Source of the DNA: Mantamonas sphyraenae STR306
Taxonomy: Eukaryota > Protista > CRuMs
Assembly (NCBI GenBank): GCA_026936335.1
Contig: JAPMXV010000001.1
Coordinates: 310,001-374,000 of the forward strand
Direction: 5' to 3'
Length of the DNA: 64,000 nucleotides
Made by a program: the position numbers and the translations under genes. Positions 45,177-56,992 of this stretch are shown one piece after another (within the stretch, counting starts at the first letter, position 1; each line of letters starts with the position of its first letter). The notes below the pieces were generated by a model. That model had not been told where the DNA came from. It worked only from the letters and a program-made list of their open reading frames with translations, and searched no databases.

Positions 45177-47290
45177 TCATCGCAGTGTCTTGGCGTCTCG
45201 GAACTGTCGTGCGACGGCTTCGCGCGCCCAGCGGCTGTGCGGATGCGACCATCCCAGGCCGCTGATGCGTTTGACTTCGTTGTACAGACTCGAGATGGCT
45301 GCAGTGGTTGGTGGCGTTGCATCGGCTGGATAGTGGGAATTGTCGGTGAGGAAGGGGCCAAGAATGTAGTCGACTTCCGTCTCTTTGCCGGCCATCACAT
45401 CCTGCAACATGGAGTTGACATTCATGGAGGTGTCGTGCAGGGTGTCCAGGATCTGCTGCCACATTTGACTGTCGCGCATGGGTGGTTGTGGCACTGTGTC
45501 GGGCGATTGGGCGTGGCGGAAGCGCCACACAGCCATGGCCTCGGCAAAGACGGACAGCATGGACAGGCGTACGCTTTCGTCTTGCAGCAAAAGACCGTTT
45601 CGTTCGGCATGGATGGCCCCGATAGGGTTGACCACCGCATTGACCACTAGTTTGCGCCACTGCTGCCGTGCAACCACGTCCTCCGGTTGTGTGGTGCATG
45701 GCAAGCCTGCAGAACGCATCAAGTGCGCCAATTGATCCACCACAGCCAGTCTGTGGTCGGCAAGGAACGAGTATCCTGATCCGTTCAGGCGCACTTGTCG
45801 CTCGTCCAACCGCGCCGCTCCCATGCTGCTGATGCCCTGCACCACACGCTGTCCCTTGTGTACAGCCTTGCGTATGGTTTCTGCGTTGCCCAGGCCGTTC
45901 TGCAGCGTGATGGCTGCTCCTCCGTCTGCCACAATGGCCTTGTCCAGCCCCTGCACCGCCTTGGCCGTGGCATGACTCTTGGTCAGCACAAGCGCAGCGT
46001 CGGCCAGCTTCTCGCTGTTTCGAGCTCGGAATTCGTTCAGGTCGTTGTAGCCGTGGATGCCATGAACAATCACGGGCTCCTCCGCAACACTCTGGTGCAA
46101 GGCGATCCCTCCGTCATGCAGGTTGGCCATGGCTGGATGCGGGTCAACCACATGGATGGAAGGAACCTCTGATCCCGTCCCCTGCTGCTCCGCAAGCCAT
46201 TGCAGCTGGGATGCCAGCGTGAGACCCAATGCCCCACCGCCCACCACCAGCAGCTTCTGCAGTGCAGGAGCACTTGCCTGCACCTGCATAGCCGCCTGAG
46301 ACAGTGCCTGCGCCGAAGTCTGTGTGATGGGCTGCTGGGACGTCGGTGTGGTTGTGCTCTTGGCAAGCTCCTCCATGACCTCGGCTTTGATGCCGAACGC
46401 GTGTTCCTTTGCCGGAAACGCCCCACTCCGCACCTCGTCACAGTATTGCTGCACACTCGACGTGATGGTTTCACCCAAATGTGCATACTGTTTGCAGAAC
46501 CGCGGCGTAAACGCGTCGTATGTGCCCAACATGTCGTGAAAGACAAGCACCTGGCCGGACGTGCCAGCCCCTGCGCCAATGCCGATGGTGGGCACATCCA
46601 ACAGCTCTGTGATGTGTTGGGCCACTTGGTCGGGCACACATTCCAGCACGAGGGAAAACACACCGGCCTCCTGCAGTGCCAAGGCGTCGTCGACCAGCCG
46701 CTGTGCCGCTTCCAGCGACTTGCCCTGCACTCGGAACCCACCCAGCGCACTTGCACTTTGCGGAGTCAGCCCAATATGGCCCTGTACATTGATGCCGGCC
46801 TTGACGATTGCTTCGGCTCGCTGTGCCATGCGCTGTCCTCCCTCCAGCTTCACCGCCTGCGTCTTGCCCTTTTGGATCAGCCCCACAGCACTCTCCACCG
46901 CGTGTTCGTTGCTCGATTCGTACGAACCAAACGGCATGTCTGCAATGACAAACTTGTTGCCAGCACCTCGTGTCACCTGTGTCCACATCACCCTGTCAGC
47001 AGTGTCCGAAAGGTGATGGAACGTCTCGGCACACATACCGCTCTGCAGAACACCTGCATCTCCTCCAGCGTCACCGATGTCGTGTCTGCATGGCCCAGCA
47101 TCACCATGGCCAGCGAATCGCCCACCAGAATCATGTCCACGTCCGTCTTGGCCACCTGCGTCGCGTTTGCAAAATCGTACGTGGTGACCATGGCCAGCTT
47201 CTCGCCGGCCTCGTACTTGCTACGCAACGTGTTCAACGTCACCGTGTTGGCTTTCGGCGCTGCTTGGGTGCTGTAGCAACGGCGGAACAT
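45177..47290 (-). CDS. panB-panE: Bifunctional ketopantoate hydroxymethyltransferase-ketopantoate reductase (PanB-PanE fusion) with probable mitochondrial presequence
   Basis: MFRRCYST start. PanB motifs TTYDF, ILVGDSL, ADMPFGSY, AVKLEGG, GHIGLTPQ, IGIGAG, GQVLVFHD. After a linker, PanE motifs GGGALG, TKS, LQNGLG, WRKLVVNAVVNP, SMLQD, TEVDYI. Intron 46977-47038. Confidence 0.93.
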
Positions 47291-47362
47291 GACTTTGGCT
47301 GAGCTGGCGCACGTGCGGCGAGTCGGCTTTTCTGTTGCCAACTTGCTCGGCAACCTGTCGAG

Positions 47363-47392
47363 ACATTTCGCAGGCGAACATTTCGCGAGCGA
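47363..47392. promoter_or_regulatory. Tandem 15-bp direct repeat in the panB-panE/panC bidirectional spacer
   Basis: acatttcgcaggcga followed directly by acatttcgcgagcga, between the two divergent ATGs (47290 and 47496). Regulatory role is inferred. Confidence 0.35.
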
Positions 47393-47495
47393 TTCCGGAC
47401 GCAGGAGAGAAAACACGATGGACGTGTGTTGCGCCGGTGGATCCAACCGACATCGCTTCCCTTTGTGCTCGCACCCGTGCATCGCAAAGCCACAC

Positions 47496-48407
47496 ATGAA
47501 GGTAGCCAGAACCATCCCAGAAATGCGGCTCCTGCGCAAGGAGTTGGCCTCTCATGGCCAGGTGGCGCTGGTCCCTACCATGGGAAACCTGCATCAGGGC
47601 CACATGTCGCTTGTAGACACGGCCAAGAAACATGTGGGGGACGACGGGACGGTTCTCTCGTCCATCTTTGTCAACCCGGCCCAATTTGCACCCCACGAGG
47701 ACTTTCACGCGTATCCACGCACCCTCGACGACGACCTCGCCATGTTGGAAGACGCGGGTGTGCATGGGGTCTTTGCACCACGCTCGACTGCAGAGATGTA
47801 CGGCCGAGAAGTGAGTCACAGCAAGGAGATCCACGGCAAGTGGACCACGCTGGACGGAGGAGACACATACAACGTGCTCGAGGGGGCTTCACGCCCCGGG
47901 TTCTTTGTTGGCGTGGCTACCGTTGTTTCCATGCTCTTCAACATCATGCAACCCACCCTGGCGGTGTTTGGGCAGAAAGACGCCCAACAGTGCGTCGTCA
48001 TCCGCAAGCTCATCCATGACATGCACTACGATATCCGCCTGGTGACGGCACCCATCCAACGCGAGTCCAACGGTCTCGCCATGAGCTCTCGCAACAATTA
48101 TCTGACGCGGGACGAGCGAGAACGAGCAGGCGCCATCTACGACGCCCTCACTTCTGCACAAGATGCCTATAACAGCATTGCCGATCCCGTCCTTGACGCT
48201 TCTTCACTGCGACAGCTCGTCGTGGCCCATCTCGAACCGGTCATGCAAATCGACTACGTTTCCGTGGCCGACCGGCTCTCACTGGCCGAACTCGACCAGG
48301 TCGACCCTCGCCACGGCGCCCTGCTTAGCCTGGCTGCGTTTTACGGAGCCAAACGCACTCGACTCATCGACAACGTGGAGCTGTTGCCGTTGGAGGTGGA
48401 TTTGTGA
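47496..48407 (+). CDS. panC: Pantoate-beta-alanine ligase (pantothenate synthetase)
   Basis: VPTMGNLHQGH, SIFVNPAQF, YPRTL, LEGASRPG, FGQKDAQQ, GLAMSSRN, RLIDN. Start taken at MKVARTI. Confidence 0.96.
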   Translation: MKVARTIPEMRLLRKELASHGQVALVPTMGNLHQGHMSLVDTAKKHVGDDGTVLSSIFVNPAQFAPHEDFHAYPRTLDDDLAMLEDAGVHGVFAPRSTAEMYGREVSHSKEIHGKWTTLDGGDTYNVLEGASRPGFFVGVATVVSMLFNIMQPTLAVFGQKDAQQCVVIRKLIHDMHYDIRLVTAPIQRESNGLAMSSRNNYLTRDERERAGAIYDALTSAQDAYNSIADPVLDASSLRQLVVAHLEPVMQIDYVSVADRLSLAELDQVDPRHGALLSLAAFYGAKRTRLIDNVELLPLEVDL

Positions 48408-48435
48408 GACAGTGGAGCACATAGAGTAGCGCGGT

Positions 48436-49380
48436 TTATTCGAATGCAGAGATTTCGGGAAGGGCAACGACCACAGGTCCCATGTCTTTGATGACAAACG
48501 AGTCGATGGCGCCCATGATCGACTGCTGCAGCACTTCCAACTCCTGCCGCTCCTCGTCGCTGCAACCCTTGGTCGACAACACGTCGCCAATGGTGTCTGC
48601 GTTCGGGGTAAGCACATTCGACGGCAGAGCAAACGCCTTGGCCGAGATTGTCTTGGGCATGGCCTGTGTGTATCGGTCTGCGCGCATCTGCGCGTTCTCC
48701 TCGTCCAGCGGATCCGCAACGCCCTCCACGTCGATCAGGTCGCTGTGTACACGCCGGTCTGTGTCAGTCTGCTGGCCTGTTTGTCCTCTGCACCACACAC
48801 ACGTCCTGTCCCTCTGGCCACACAGTGCCTCCTCCGCATCCTGCGCCCTCTGTTCACGCACTTCCCGGTCTGCTCCAGAATCTGCTTCAGTTTGTTTTGC
48901 TCCTTCATCTTGGCGTCATGGTACGAGCCCACCACTGCCCCGCTGTCTCCATCTCTGTGTGCAGGGCCGTGTCGTCCGTTGTGTCCCTCTGCCGTGTCAG
49001 CTTCCCCGCGTTTCCTCGCCGCGTCTCCCTTCCCTCGAAATCGCCCTCGCCGCCCTGCATTCTGCCCCTTTGCTCCTTCCCCGCTCCGCCTTGTCCATAC
49101 TGTCGGCCACACAACTCACCCTCGTCGTCCGCCACCGGCAATGCTCTTGCTTGGCGTGCTCTGCGGCGCCGTGCGACCTCCCTCTTGCGACGGCTGCGTG
49201 CGCTGTGTGCTCTCTTGGATTTCTGTGGCGAATGAACAGCGTCGTCGTCAGCTTCAGCTTCCCTCCTGCACGCCTGGGGTTTGGCACACCCTAGCCCTGT
49301 GCCTCTCTACCACACTTCACATCACGGCATCTTCTCCCTGGGCCCAACGTACGCTCGTTCTGGCTCTGGTTGCAGCCCAT
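48436..49380 (-). CDS. LAMTOR1: Ragulator anchor subunit LAMTOR1/p18 (Ego1-like)
   Basis: N-terminal MGC lipidation motif (ATG 49380). Three introns give EQNKLKQILEQTGNDLIDV...RADRY and a C-terminal FVIKDMGPVVVAL, paralleling EQALLSSILAKTASNIIDV...RARQY...IRVDAKEELVVQF. Confidence 0.8.
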
Positions 49381-49428
49381 GGTCGTCTCGTTTCGGTTGC
49401 GCACACAGGCGCAAGAATTCTGCCCGAC

Positions 49429-50878
49429 ATGAGCCAGCTGGAGGGGATCGACCTGGGCGACATTCCCACCTCTGTCGAGTCCAAGGCAGGCATGTCCATC
49501 CAAATCTTCACGTCGCAGACATGGGACGGCACCCTCTCCGAGGGCGGCAAGCGCAAGGGCAAAAAGTTCACCGTCTACCTCGCAGAGGTTGCTGAGAAGG
49601 GTCAGACCTGGCTTATCTATCGTCGCTACAGTGTCATCCGAGCCCTCAATGAAGTCGTATGTGTCGAGTGCAGCCCGCGGCGTTCCTCCCGATCTGGCTA
49701 ACCTCCGTTCGCCCTTCCACCGGCTGCTTTTTGTGACACCGCGCTCACCTGGCCCGCAACACACCGCCGTGCCCTCTCTGCAGTTCAAAACCCAGTTTGG
49801 CACAAACTTTGACTTTCCGTCAAAGACCTTCCTCGGCAACATGGGCCAAAAGAACATCAACAAGCGCAAGGTCGGCCTGCAAAACTGGTTCAACGACGTC
49901 CTTGCCGACGACGTCCTCTCCGCCTCCTCCCAGTTCAAGGCCTTTGTCACCGCCAATCTCGAGGTACGTGCCTGCTCACACATCGCCCACGCATGCATTT
50001 TGCCTTTACCATCCCCACTGTCCATGTTCTTATCACCCACTCATCACCACTCACCACACACTGCGCACGCCCCATCGCCCCTCTTTTTTGCCGGTCCCGC
50101 TCTCCTCCTTCACTCTCCTCACATGCCACGCCGGCTCACACACCTCACAGGACGCCATGTTTAGCGGCAAAATCGGCTATGCCGAGCTGGAGAACCTCCA
50201 GAGTATCTCTCAGTGTGCGTGAGCCGTGCTCGCCCGTGCCGTTTCTGCCCAACCTCCCCGAGCTCACACACGGGCTCCTGTGTGCCCCCCCGTCCCACAG
50301 TTGACTTTGATGGCCTGCATGAAATCTACACCACCGTGGTGGCTGAACACCCCGATGGTCGCCTGAACAAGGCCCAGTTTGCCACGGTGTGCGAACAGTT
50401 TGGACTCAGCGACGACACAAACTATCTCCTCTTCAATGCGTTTGACAAGGACAACGACGGCAAGGTCGACTTTCGGGAAGTCGTGTGTGGCCTCTCTGCA
50501 TTCCTGTCGGGCGACCAGGCTCAAATGGCCAGCTTCACTTTTGATCTCTTTGACATCAACGGCGACGGCAACATCGACAAGGGTGAAATCTACACCATCA
50601 TTGTCAGTCTTGACCAGGTCACGCTTCAGCTCTACGGCTCCAAGGAGCTCAAGGAGCGCAAGACTGCAAATGCCATGCAAATTGTCGACGAAATCTTTGA
50701 AGCCCTCGACGTTAACAATGACGGCACCGTCTCGCGCGAGGAGTTTACAGGCGGCATCACACGCTACCCCATGCTCTTTCAAGCCTTTGGTGCCATCCGG
50801 GTCGATGTCAAGGGCGACAAGAGCACAAAGATTCGCGATTCACTCAACTCAAGTTCCTCGGGAAGCTTGCGCGGCTGA
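49429..50878 (+). CDS. PX domain fused to NCS-1/calcineurin-B-like EF-hand domain
   Basis: PX motifs FTVY...WLIYRRYS...FPSKTFLGN...KRKVGLQNWF. EF-hands DKDNDGKVDFRE, DINGDGNIDKGE, DVNNDGTVSREE. Three GT-AG introns join the parts in frame. Confidence 0.85.
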
Positions 50879-50943
50879 GGTGGCGCGTTTCCTGTCCTGT
50901 CCACCAACAAACCCATCTATTCATCTCAAATGCGCCCCACCGG

Positions 50944-53900
50944 TCACTGTGTTCCCTGGATGGCCACGCTGCGTCGCTTTGTGCCACGCTTGCGCATGGA
51001 GAAGCGACCTGCGTGTTCGACGTCCCCACCCAGCGACATCGCTTCGTCGAATCCACTCAGGATTTGCGTGATCATTTCGCGCATGTCTTGGAACGCCTCG
51101 TTCTCCTGCAAGCGGTACAGTTGGCGCACGGCGTGCTTGCTGATCAGCGTGTAGTCCTCCTGGCTCAAATCTTTGTAGTAGGGCTGCTGCAGATCCAACA
51201 GGGCGAACAGGGGCACAATCGCTGCGCGTTGAGCTTCCACGCTGCGCGTACACAGCATGCACACAAGAGATTCCACGTCCTTGAGTCTCACTTCAAGGTG
51301 CAGCTTGCCGCTCACCTCATGCTTGCGATGTTTCTTGTCCACCGTCACGCGTGCCACTCGTCGTGTGGCATCTGGTCCCGCAGAGTCATCAACGGCACCA
51401 CCACCGTGCCCATGTAGTCGTTCAACAGCCTGTCCCGGTCCCACAGCGTGCAGGTCAGTTTGCCATGCAGCTGTGTCACCTCAAACTCAAAGCTTTCGTT
51501 CCACGTCGGGTTCAGGTTCTTGTCCACCACGCTTGTCTTGGCGCTCTTTTTGCCCAGCTGCAGCTGTACAAACGGGTCGCTGAGGCCGTTCGAATCCTTG
51601 GCTGCCAGATCCTTGCCTTCCAGCACACGCACATACAATTTCTTGTTCGCCTCGGGCTTGGACGAGCCACGCAACGACAGGCCGCTCCACTTCTTCTTGC
51701 CCGCCTTGCTGCTCTCTTGGCTCACACGCGCCTCCAGCTCGGCCACGGTTTCTGTAACCAGGCGGATGTTGCCCGACAGCATTCCTGCGTGCGCCCCGTC
51801 CAGGGCCAACTCGCACTGGAACGGCGTCACGTCTGTGTTGCCATTGGCCGCCGCCATGGCTGCCGCCTCCAGGTTCACGTTGCCCAGGCCCATCACGCTG
51901 TTTGCACGCAGCGTGTCGTAGTCCCACACGCACACAGACACCTTTTGTCGACCCAGGAAGCGCAGGTGTTCCTCACCGCCCACAACGTACGACTGAAGCC
52001 GCAGCGTTTCCTCGTCCCACGTTGGATCCAGCGTGTTCTTGCACACGCTGCTGGTGGCTCGGTCCACACTCAGAGGCGAGTACAGCACCACAAACGGGTC
52101 TGCCTTGCCTCCGACGTCCGCTGCGTTCAATCCGTGTGCACTCATCTCGGTCACCTCCACGTACGTCACCATGTTTGCCTCTTGTTCTTGCTCTTGGCCC
52201 TCCTCGCTGGGTCCCTCGCGCAACTCCACAAGCGGCCACGGCGGCAGCGCAACGTTCAGTTGCATGGATGCGGCCACAGGTTGGTTGACTCCGCTCACTT
52301 GCATCTCCAGCGCTCGCACCTCCATCCCGTTGACGTTGTCGTGGTGACGGCAGAGCACGTGGTCGCTCCACAGCTGTGTGTCGCCTTGGCTGCTGTCCAC
52401 GCCCACGCGTGCCATCACATTCTCGTATCCAAACAGTCCCGCTTGTTGGCTGCTCACGTAGCCCACGCAGTTGCGACTGCGGTACTCCTTGACAAACTCC
52501 TTGGCCAGACCATCCACAACCGTCACCTGCGTCTCCTCCGTGGCCTCTCCCTGCACGTTGCGGCCCATCCACACAGTTACGTCGTGCTCTGTGCCCACAT
52601 CGTACTCGGACAGCGACGACATGTCCATGAATCCCTCTTCCAGCTCCTGCACCAGCTCCTGCATCTCCACGAGCCGTGCCTCTGCAGATCCCACCTGCTG
52701 CAGGTGAAAGTTGATCACGCAGAACGACGTGATGCCCAGCTCAAAGCGCACAGCCACGGCACCTTCCACCAACTCATCCACCACCACCTCCTCTTCCTCG
52801 TCCTCCTCCTCCCCGACATCTTCTCCATCGCCGCCTGCCGTCACCTCTACGGTTGCCGGGGACGATGACGAAGAAGCAGAGGCGGACGGCATGCCCGAGC
52901 TGCTTGCACTCGTTTCGTCGATGGCTCCCACCTTGACACTGGAGGAAACCACGTTGCTCAACAGCGGCATGAGCGACTCGTGCACCACAAGCACCAAAGA
53001 GGTCAGGCCCTGTGACACGCGATGCACTTGTGCATACTCCTTGCCCAGATGCTTGGCCACAAGGTACGCAAAATGAGCGTGGACCGACAGCGTCGTCTCG
53101 CTCTTGTTGCGAGTGTAGTACGACTCCTGCACGCCAATGGCATACACCAGGTGGCCTTCCGGGAGCAACTCGCCCATGTTCTCCGGCGGCGGCATCATGG
53201 CCATGTTCCACGACACTGTGCACACACTGACCGCACGCAGCAGCTCCTGTTCGGATTGGGGCACCGACAGGAAGGTGTTTTGCACACGTACGCTTCCGCC
53301 AAGCAACCGCGCCACAAACTGTTCGCGTTCAGCCACGCTGCGGAAGCTCACCTCCAGTGGGTTGGGCGACGTGTTGACACGCAGGTGCAGAAAGGTGGGC
53401 TCGTTTGTCACCCGCTCCACGACGCGCACCTCGCGCAAAGGAGTCCTGTACGTGGCTCCGCTTGCGTAGTTGTATGTCACCAGATGGTCGTGCTTGCCCA
53501 CAAACAGGAGCACCTTTTCAGCACCGTTCTTTCCGCTGACCAGGGTTGCGTCAAACACGCCGTTTTCCACATCCTCTGCCTCGTCAAGGTCAAGCTCCGC
53601 CTCGATTTCAAATCGGCCCAGCAACAGGTCCAGCATGCGCTGCCTCTCGCCGTCTTGGTATGTGTTGATGAAGAAGCGCTTCACCGAGTTGATCCCGTCT
53701 TGCAACATGCCCCTGTTGGAACGCTTGCCAGTGCGCGTGTAATCCGTCTTGAGTGCCCCGGTGCCTGCGTACTGCATGCTCATGCTGTCTGCATTGTCCG
53801 CCCACACCGTCTTGAAGCTCTGGCCAAACCCATGTGGGTCGTTGAAGCTTACCGCCTCGGCGCCGAGCAGTTCGTGCTCGCGACACTGCCGCAGCAGCAC

Positions 53901-54954
53901 ATGCATGGCAATGGCACTCTGCACTACGTTTGTACGATCCAAACAGTCGATGCAGTTGGTGCGCACACATCCCTGCTGCTGTGCCTCCAGACGGCATCCG
54001 TGCTCGTCGCCAGACAACACAGTGTACCCGTGCGACTCGACCTGGTCACGGATGCGTTCCAACAGAATGGCCAGATTCTCGTAGCGGTTGTGGGCACATT
54101 CGCGGTGAAAGTCGAACCACGTGTACTGCACGTCCTCGCTGTCCCGCAGCCGAACCAGCGTTTCAAACTGGTCGCCCACGCCCATCTCCTTGCCGTGCAT
54201 GTTGACCAGGTTCACGCACATTTGTGGGCCATACAGCTCCAGCAGCGAGTCAAAGTGCTTGTCAAAGGCAATGCGTGCGTACGGGTCCTGCACACAATCG
54301 GCTTGGGTTTCAGCCCGATCGGCGGCTGGATCCAAAAGTGCGGCATCGACCCGCGCACTTGCACGTGGGACAGAACCTTGGTCGCGCACGTCGTGCCGCC
54401 TTGGTCGCCCACAAACACAAGCTGCTCGGTCTCCACAAAGTTGGCCACATGACCCTGCGGCGAAATACCGCGTGCAAAGTATCGAGCACCTGTGCGTTTG
54501 CACCCACGGCGCGATATCAGCACAAACAGAAACTCTGTCTCCTTGCCTGTGTCGCTGTTGGTGGCCGTGGAGCGCACCGCGGTCACAAAGCCGCTCATTA
54601 CAGGCAACACCGTGCGGTGCAGGCCCAGGGCGATCTGAGCTCTGCACAGGTGCCGGTTCCAAAAGAAGCGCTTGTCCGCACTCTCGTACAGCGGCGACTC
54701 GTCCTCTTCTGCACTCTGTTGCTCCAGTCGCACACTGCTCTGCGTCACATCGTGATCCAGGGAGAAGTACACATCGCCGCTCTCGAGAAACTCAAACATC
54801 GACTCCAGCTGCGCCTGGTCCATCTTGTGTGCCGACTGTTGGCTCTCGTGCACCTTGGCCTTGCTCTGCACATCTTCTTCCTCTTCTTGGTTGTTGCTGC
54901 TCTTGCTCTTGCGCAGAGACAGCGATCGCACGCGGCTTTTCTGAGGTGGAGCCA

Positions 54955-54988
<34 letters not shown>

Positions 54989-55624
54989 TGACCCTCCAGC
55001 CTGCTCTTCTTCCTCGGTCTCACCTGAGCGCTGTTGCTGAGGCTGAAACGGCAGCGCACGCAGCTTTGTAATGGCCCAAATGGTGGCTGGGCCGCGTCCG
55101 GGGTACTGGAAACGCACAACCTCTCTCGCCTGAGTAATGACCAGAAGATACGTGTCTGCATTGGTTGTGCGATGGCGTTTGGTGCAACATGAAGCGGGGT
55201 GAAGCGGCAAGCGTTTGGGTTATCGTGTGTCAGTGTCTTTGTGCTTGCGAGCAGGGTGCCTGGGTTCGTGGATCTAAACGTGCGCGCGCGTGCGTTTCAC
55301 AGGCCACGCCGCCGTGGCACACAAAGTCGCTCTGGGCAAAGGGATCTGTCACTTACCTGCAAGCAACTGGATTGTGCCGAGGATACCAAGCACATTGTCA
55401 CACACAGGCTCAAACGAGCCGCCGGCGGCGTCGAGCTCCTCCCTCGACGTAGGGTCAACGCTCTGCAACCGCCCACTCTCCGGATCCCGCATCAGGACGT
55501 AGTTGGCTCGGCTGCTCTCCTCCGATGCATCCATGTCAGCCTGAAGCAGGTATGCATTGCGTCCATTGTGGAACACTGTGTAGCGAAAGTGCGGCGCGCG
55601 CACATTGTCGTGGGGAGTTGTCAT
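50944..55624 (-). CDS. Synaptojanin-like protein: Sac1 phosphatase + degenerate inositol 5-phosphatase + two C2 domains
   Basis: Sac1 motifs RFFWN, LISRR, RG..GHVANFVETEQ, QVRGSMP, RTNCIDCLDRTNVVQ, QYAGTGAL. 5-phosphatase-like SWNM, IGVQE, GAVAVRF..CVINFHL. C2 motifs ADVGGKADPFV and KDSNGLSDPFV. One intron and 1-nt frame breaks at ~54293 and ~51348. Confidence 0.88.
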
Positions 55625-55724
55625 CAGCGCGTGCGTCCTTCTTCTGCGGCCCAACGGGTGTGTCTGCGAAACAGTAGCAATCGAGGATGCACAGCCAATC
55701 TTTACTGCGACACATGTGCACCCA

Positions 55725-56992
55725 ATGGCCGTGCCAGCGTGTCAGAGTGTACGTCACCGGACCGTGTGTGGCCAGAAAGAAAAAACTCACCGTGGAGGCG
55801 ACCCGCCCAGAAAGAAGTTTTCTTGGCGCCCCATGCGCTGCGCATGCTTCGCCACGACAACCGCAACACCAAACTTACATGTCGCATCACGAACCCTTTG
55901 TGCTGGTTGACTGCCTGGCACAGTGGGATCCGTTCCGATGTGTGCGTGTGGGACTCATGGCCTCGCTGTCCATCGCTACGCTCGTGGTTACCGTTGTGCA
56001 GGTCTCCCGCCTCCTGGTGTTTACAGGCAAACCGTGGAGCCACCAACTGGCCATTTTGTACATTGCCGCTCTCCAGCTCCTCCTCATGGTCATCCACTGG
56101 GCCTTCTTCCACCACATGGCCATGGACATGGTCATCGAACAGCTCAAACTCGTGCAGTACAGCGTCTGTGCTTACTTTTTCGCCTCCTTTGCCTGCCGCA
56201 TCATCCGACGCGAGTACTTGCTCCGCACCCGTGTCCGTCCCTTCTTTGTCCTCGTGGCTATCCTGCAACTTTTGGTCTTTGTCCTTTCCGTCCCGGGCGT
56301 CCTCAACGCCACAAACATCGACCGCGGCTGCCGCTCCCTCTCCTGGACCATGATAAGCTCCATCGAGCTCATTGTCACTGTCCTCTTTCTCATCATGGGC
56401 TCCCTCGTCGTCAACAAGCTCGAGGAGGACCCGCATCCACAAGCAGTACCGCCGTCGCAAGCAGCGTCAGCTTTGGGTCCTCATCCTCGTCTACGGCATC
56501 ACCTCTCTCATCAGCACCACCTATGACATCGCACAGTGGAGTCTCATTCCCGAAAACGGCCGCTGCGACCATTTCTTTACCTCGGAAACGGGCAACGTCC
56601 TCGTGTACATGTTTCTTCGAACCCAAGATCTGCTCCTGCCCATCTGGAGTGTCCTCTATGTATTCTACGGCACTTCCATCCAATCCACATCCACCTCTAC
56701 CAGTGCCCATGGCTCTTCCGTCAACAGCCGCGGTGGTGACGCGGGGCATCCTCGCATGTCCAGCGAGGACGGCCTTCACGACGATCTCAACGACGAAGAC
56801 GACGCCACAAGGCAGCTTCTTGACCAGAGCGAGCGGGAGGACGTCGACCCGCCGCTTACACCACCATGTGAGCCTGCCCAGGCTGTCTTTCATTTGCAGA
56901 ATGGCCTCCTGTACGCGTTCTGCAGCGCCACATGGCCTCACTCTCGCTCTATCCTTCCATCGCTTCGGTATGTGTCATCGAGGCGTGCGTAA
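55725..56992 (+). CDS. Seven-TM membrane protein of unknown family
   Basis: MAVPACQS plus intron 55749-55923, then about seven hydrophobic helices with a 1-nt frame break at ~56421. The acidic tail carries a dileucine-like EDDATRQLL. The 3' end is uncertain. Confidence 0.65.

Noticed and set aside
51345-51347. In-frame TGA in the second C2 domain as possible selenocysteine or read-through
   Set aside because: The continuation lies in a different frame; one missing G explains it.
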